A stretch of DNA of 64,000 nt from Bacteroidales bacterium (GTDB lineage: Bacteria > Bacteroidota > Bacteroidia > Bacteroidales > UBA3663), in NCBI GenBank assembly GCA_017618715.1, contig JAFZTS010000037.1:11849-75848 (forward strand), in the 5' to 3' direction. The position numbers and the translations under genes are program-made. Numbering within the stretch: position 1 is the first letter of the stretch; every line of letters starts with the position of its first letter. Positions 61,582 through 64,000 of this stretch are shown here, one piece after another. Under the pieces are notes generated by a model. It saw only the letters and a program-made list of their open reading frames with translations, searched no databases and had not been told where the DNA came from.

Positions 61582-61589
61582 TAACTTTG
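61582..61589 (+). promoter_or_regulatory. Candidate -7 box (TAACTTTG) for the cyclophilin gene
   Basis: Matches TAnnTTTG and lies 38 nt upstream of the ATG at 61627. Confidence 0.4.
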
Positions 61590-61626
61590 CGGCGTTTTTT
61601 CGAAACGAACGAATACGAATTCAGAA

Positions 61627-62340
61627 ATGAAGAAGATAATCCTATTGCTTGCCTTGTTTGCAATGATACAGGCAAGCATGGCAGAAAAGAGGAATGAGGC
61701 CGCTGACGATCGTGCCGAAGTGACCATGCAGACCACGCAGGGCAAGATTGTGCTGGCTCTCTACAACGAGACGCCCATCCATCGCGACAACTTCCTTGCG
61801 CAAGTGCGTCGCGGCTACTACGACGGCTTGCTCTTCCATCGCATCATTGCCTCGTTCATGATCCAGTGCGGCGACTCTACCAGTCGCGATGTTGCAACGC
61901 AGGAGTTCAAGAATGCACGTGGCGACGATCCCTATCGACTTCCTGCCGAGATACGTTTCCCGCAGTTGTTCCATCGTCGCGGCGCCTTGGCGGCAGCTCG
62001 ACAGGGCGACCATATCAACCCCGAACGCAAGAGTTCGCCCTACGAGTTCTACATCGTCTGGGGCAAATATTTCGGACCCCGCGAGATGCAGGCCGAACAG
62101 GAAAAGGTGATGGAGCGTGAGGATTCAACCCGCCATTTCACCTTCCCACAGGAGTTGATCGATGCCTACGAGATAGAGGGTGGCACGCCGCATCTCGACA
62201 ATGAATATACGGTGTTCGGCGAGGTCATCAAGGGTCTCGATGTGGTAGGACAAATACAGGCGGCCAAGACTGATAGTCTGGACCGCCCGATAAAGGAAAT
62301 TCGTATCAAAAAAGCTTGGGTCTCGAAGGAAAGGCCTTAA
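61627..62340 (+). CDS. Peptidyl-prolyl cis-trans isomerase, cyclophilin type, secreted
   Basis: Signal peptide plus the cyclophilin motifs YDGLLFHRIIASFMIQCGD and YTVFGEVIKGLDVV. Confidence 0.9.
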   Translation: MKKIILLLALFAMIQASMAEKRNEAADDRAEVTMQTTQGKIVLALYNETPIHRDNFLAQVRRGYYDGLLFHRIIASFMIQCGDSTSRDVATQEFKNARGDDPYRLPAEIRFPQLFHRRGALAAARQGDHINPERKSSPYEFYIVWGKYFGPREMQAEQEKVMEREDSTRHFTFPQELIDAYEIEGGTPHLDNEYTVFGEVIKGLDVVGQIQAAKTDSLDRPIKEIRIKKAWVSKERP

Positions 62341-62352
62341 TATTGATAAAGA

Positions 62353-62381
62353 AGAAAGTCATGGCGTGGGCGTGACTTTCT
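62353..62381. terminator. Stem-loop between convergent genes, partly inside the DUF4286 3' end
   Basis: 9-bp inverted repeat AGAAAGTCA / TGACTTTCT with an 11-nt loop. Confidence 0.35.
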
Positions 62382-62688
62382 CGGTGACGTCCTTCATCGA
62401 GGTCGAGAACATCAAAATCTTTTCGCCAAATCGTTGGTGGAAGTTCGATTCCAGGGTGTGCCCTGTTTCGAGCTTCCACTTCTTTAATGTCTGCACATCT
62501 TCGACCTCGCACATCAGGGCATAGCCGAACAGACCTTCGCCCACGTCGGTGAGCAAACGCACAAAACGCGGATTGCGAAGGTAGTTGTTGCGAATGGTAG
62601 CAGGAACATAGACGTCGCGCATATAGGTCAGGAACGCAGCGACGTGCTGCTCGCCATCGACGTGGAAGGTCGTGTTGTAGATCAGCAT
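62359..62688 (-). CDS. DUF4286 family protein
   Basis: 109 aa. The N-terminus MLIYNTTFHVDGEQHVAAFLTYMRDVYVP fits my memory of the DUF4286 pattern. Confidence 0.6.
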   Translation of the reverse strand: MLIYNTTFHVDGEQHVAAFLTYMRDVYVPATIRNNYLRNPRFVRLLTDVGEGLFGYALMCEVEDVQTLKKWKLETGHTLESNFHQRFGEKILMFSTSMKDVTEKVTPTP

Positions 62689-62718
62689 GGCAAAACTTTT
62701 GATGACGTTGTCAGTGCC

Positions 62719-63135
62719 TTATTCCCAGGTGATTGTGCGGCTGCCGTCCTCACCCACGGTGATATTCACATGCACGGTGTCGCCGGGGAGGAGTTCATCG
62801 ACAATCTCGGGCCATTCGATGAAGCAGAGGGCCGACGACTCCATATAGTCCTCGAAGCCGAGGTCCAATGCCTCTTCAATTTTCTTCAGTCGGTAGCAAT
62901 CGAAGTGATAGATGAGCTCGGCAGTAGTAGCCGAACGGTATTCGTTGACGATGGCGAAAGTGGGAGAGTTCACCTCGTCCTCCACGCCAAGCACCAGGCA
63001 CAGCGCCTTGATGAAGGTGGTCTTACCTGCGCCCATCTCGCCATGGAAGGCAAAGACGGTGCGGTCATCCATGGCAGCCACGAAGTCGTGTGCAGCCTGA
63101 GGCAGCGCCTCAAGATTTGGTACGTTTAGTGTCAT
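62719..63135 (-). CDS. tsaE: tRNA threonylcarbamoyladenosine (t6A) biosynthesis ATPase TsaE
   Basis: Walker [25 protein letters not shown] and HFDCYRL motifs. Confidence 0.9.
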   Translation of the reverse strand: MTLNVPNLEALPQAAHDFVAAMDDRTVFAFHGEMGAGKTTFIKALCLVLGVEDEVNSPTFAIVNEYRSATTAELIYHFDCYRLKKIEEALDLGFEDYMESSALCFIEWPEIVDELLPGDTVHVNITVGEDGSRTITWE

Positions 63136-63150
63136 AATTTAAATAATGAA

Positions 63151-63858
63151 TCAATATTCTCGATGTCCGAAAATCGAGGTCCCGATGCGCACCATGTTCG
63201 AACCTTCCTCGATGGCCACCTTGTAGTCGTCGCTCATGCCGAACGAAAGGATGTCAAACTGTTCCTCCGTGATGCCCTGGGCTTTCAAAGGTCCATCGAG
63301 CAAGGCACGTTGGCAGGCCTTGATGGTGCGGAATTCCTTGCGCCAAAGGTCCTTATCATCCACAAACGACGCCATGCCCATCACTCCGCGCAGACGTACA
63401 TGCGGCCAACGCTCCTTGATGTTTACGCTGTCGAGGAGCTGCATGATTTCGTCGGGCGAGAAGCCCGACTTGGTCTCTTCGCGGGCCACATGGAGTTGAA
63501 GCAACACATCGATACAGGCATCGCCGAACCTTGCTTCGCGCTCCTTGCTGAAGCGTACGGCCTGGCGTTCCACCTCGTCGAGCAGTCGCTCCGAGTCAAT
63601 CGATTGTATCAGACTCACCAATGGGGCGATGTACTTCACCTTGTTGGTCTGCAGGTGTCCGATGAAGTGCCATTCGATATCCTGGGGCAGCGTGGCAGCC
63701 TTGGCCTTGAACTCGTTTTCGCGGCTCTCGCCAAAGATGCGCTGTCCCGCGTCGTAGGCCTCCTGCACGGCTTCGGCAGGGTGGAACTTGCTGACTGCCA
63801 CCAGAGTCACTCCTTGGGGTAGGGTGGCGCGGATGGATTGGAGGTTTTCTTTGATCAT
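63151..63858 (-). CDS. yggS: YggS-family pyridoxal-phosphate homeostasis protein
   Basis: Contains LVAVSKFHP (PLP lysine), HFIGHLQTNKVK and SFGMSDDYKVAIEEGSNMVRIGTSIFG. Confidence 0.9.
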   Translation of the reverse strand: MIKENLQSIRATLPQGVTLVAVSKFHPAEAVQEAYDAGQRIFGESRENEFKAKAATLPQDIEWHFIGHLQTNKVKYIAPLVSLIQSIDSERLLDEVERQAVRFSKEREARFGDACIDVLLQLHVAREETKSGFSPDEIMQLLDSVNIKERWPHVRLRGVMGMASFVDDKDLWRKEFRTIKACQRALLDGPLKAQGITEEQFDILSFGMSDDYKVAIEEGSNMVRIGTSIFGHREY

Positions 63859-63860
63859 GC

Positions 63861-64000
63861 TTAATCCTCCTTCACTTGGAGCCCATAGACATCCATGAGG
63901 GTGGTTTCGGCGATGGTGTTGATCTCCCAGTCGCTCATGGTGCCCTTCATGCCGTCGCAGAGGTTCTTCACAGCCTCCTCGAACGAACGAGCCTGTACGA
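63861..64000 (-). CDS. C-terminal 46 codons of an unidentified protein (gene continues beyond the right edge)
   Basis: Hand translation of the reverse strand gives ...VQARSFEEAVKNLCDGMKGTMSDWEINTIAETTLMDVYGLQVKED*. The stop is at 63861-63863, 2 nt from the yggS start. I did not recognise a family. Confidence 0.35.
   Translation of the reverse strand, partial: VQARSFEEAVKNLCDGMKGTMSDWEINTIAETTLMDVYGLQVKED

Noticed and set aside
1-64000. tRNA, rRNA, transposase, integrase or prophage genes
   Set aside because: I recognised none. All intergenic gaps are short except 32619-33456, 35811-36451 and 61352-61626, and none of these shows cloverleaf-like or IS-like features. A proper tRNAscan/Infernal/ISfinder run was not possible.

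Overview
This 64-kb window looks like a chromosomal segment from a Bacteroidota genome of Bacteroidales/Prevotellaceae type. That assignment is an inference from SusC/SusD genes, T9SS C-terminal sorting tails, HmuY, a GldE-type gene, a DUF6377-type regulator and many TAnnTTTG -7 promoter boxes. Most of the window is densely packed housekeeping and nutrient-uptake genes. From left to right these are: an NfeD-DUF805-flotillin operon; folP-cdaA; gldE-like plus a PPTase; hmuY plus a TonB-dependent receptor; a GH3 glycosidase with a PA14 insert; prfA; a HAD hydrolase; a DapA-family aldolase plus a sodium:solute symporter; queD-queE-folE; a small PUL (DUF6377 regulator, SusC, SusD, histidine acid phosphatase); and fucI-fucP plus an acyltransferase. 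On the right side are a polysaccharide deacetylase, an esterase, VanZ, a FadL-like outer membrane protein, a cyclophilin, DUF4286, tsaE and yggS. The middle is accessory. A visibly AT-richer islet (about 31.25-36.45 kb) carries two small secreted proteins, an 84-bp tandem repeat array built from GGCC-centred palindromes, a truncated BspA-type LRR gene fragment and a PstI/BsuBI-type restriction-modification pair. It is followed by the dominant feature of the window: two tandem, end-to-end paralogous genes of 3,252 and 3,239 codons (36452-55962, about 30% of the window). Both encode signal-peptide-bearing, LamG-rich, T9SS-tailed proteins with a large central region I cannot assign to any family. 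An ECF sigma / putative anti-sigma pair lies immediately downstream. A second recurring signal is a set of short degenerate tandem repeats (7-nt GTTAATT/AATTAAC tracts and several 9-nt tracts). They fill many short gene junctions, supply TTG start codons, and once sit in frame inside folP. I saw no rRNA, tRNA, CRISPR array, transposase or integrase. All family calls come from motif recognition by eye, and no database search was possible.
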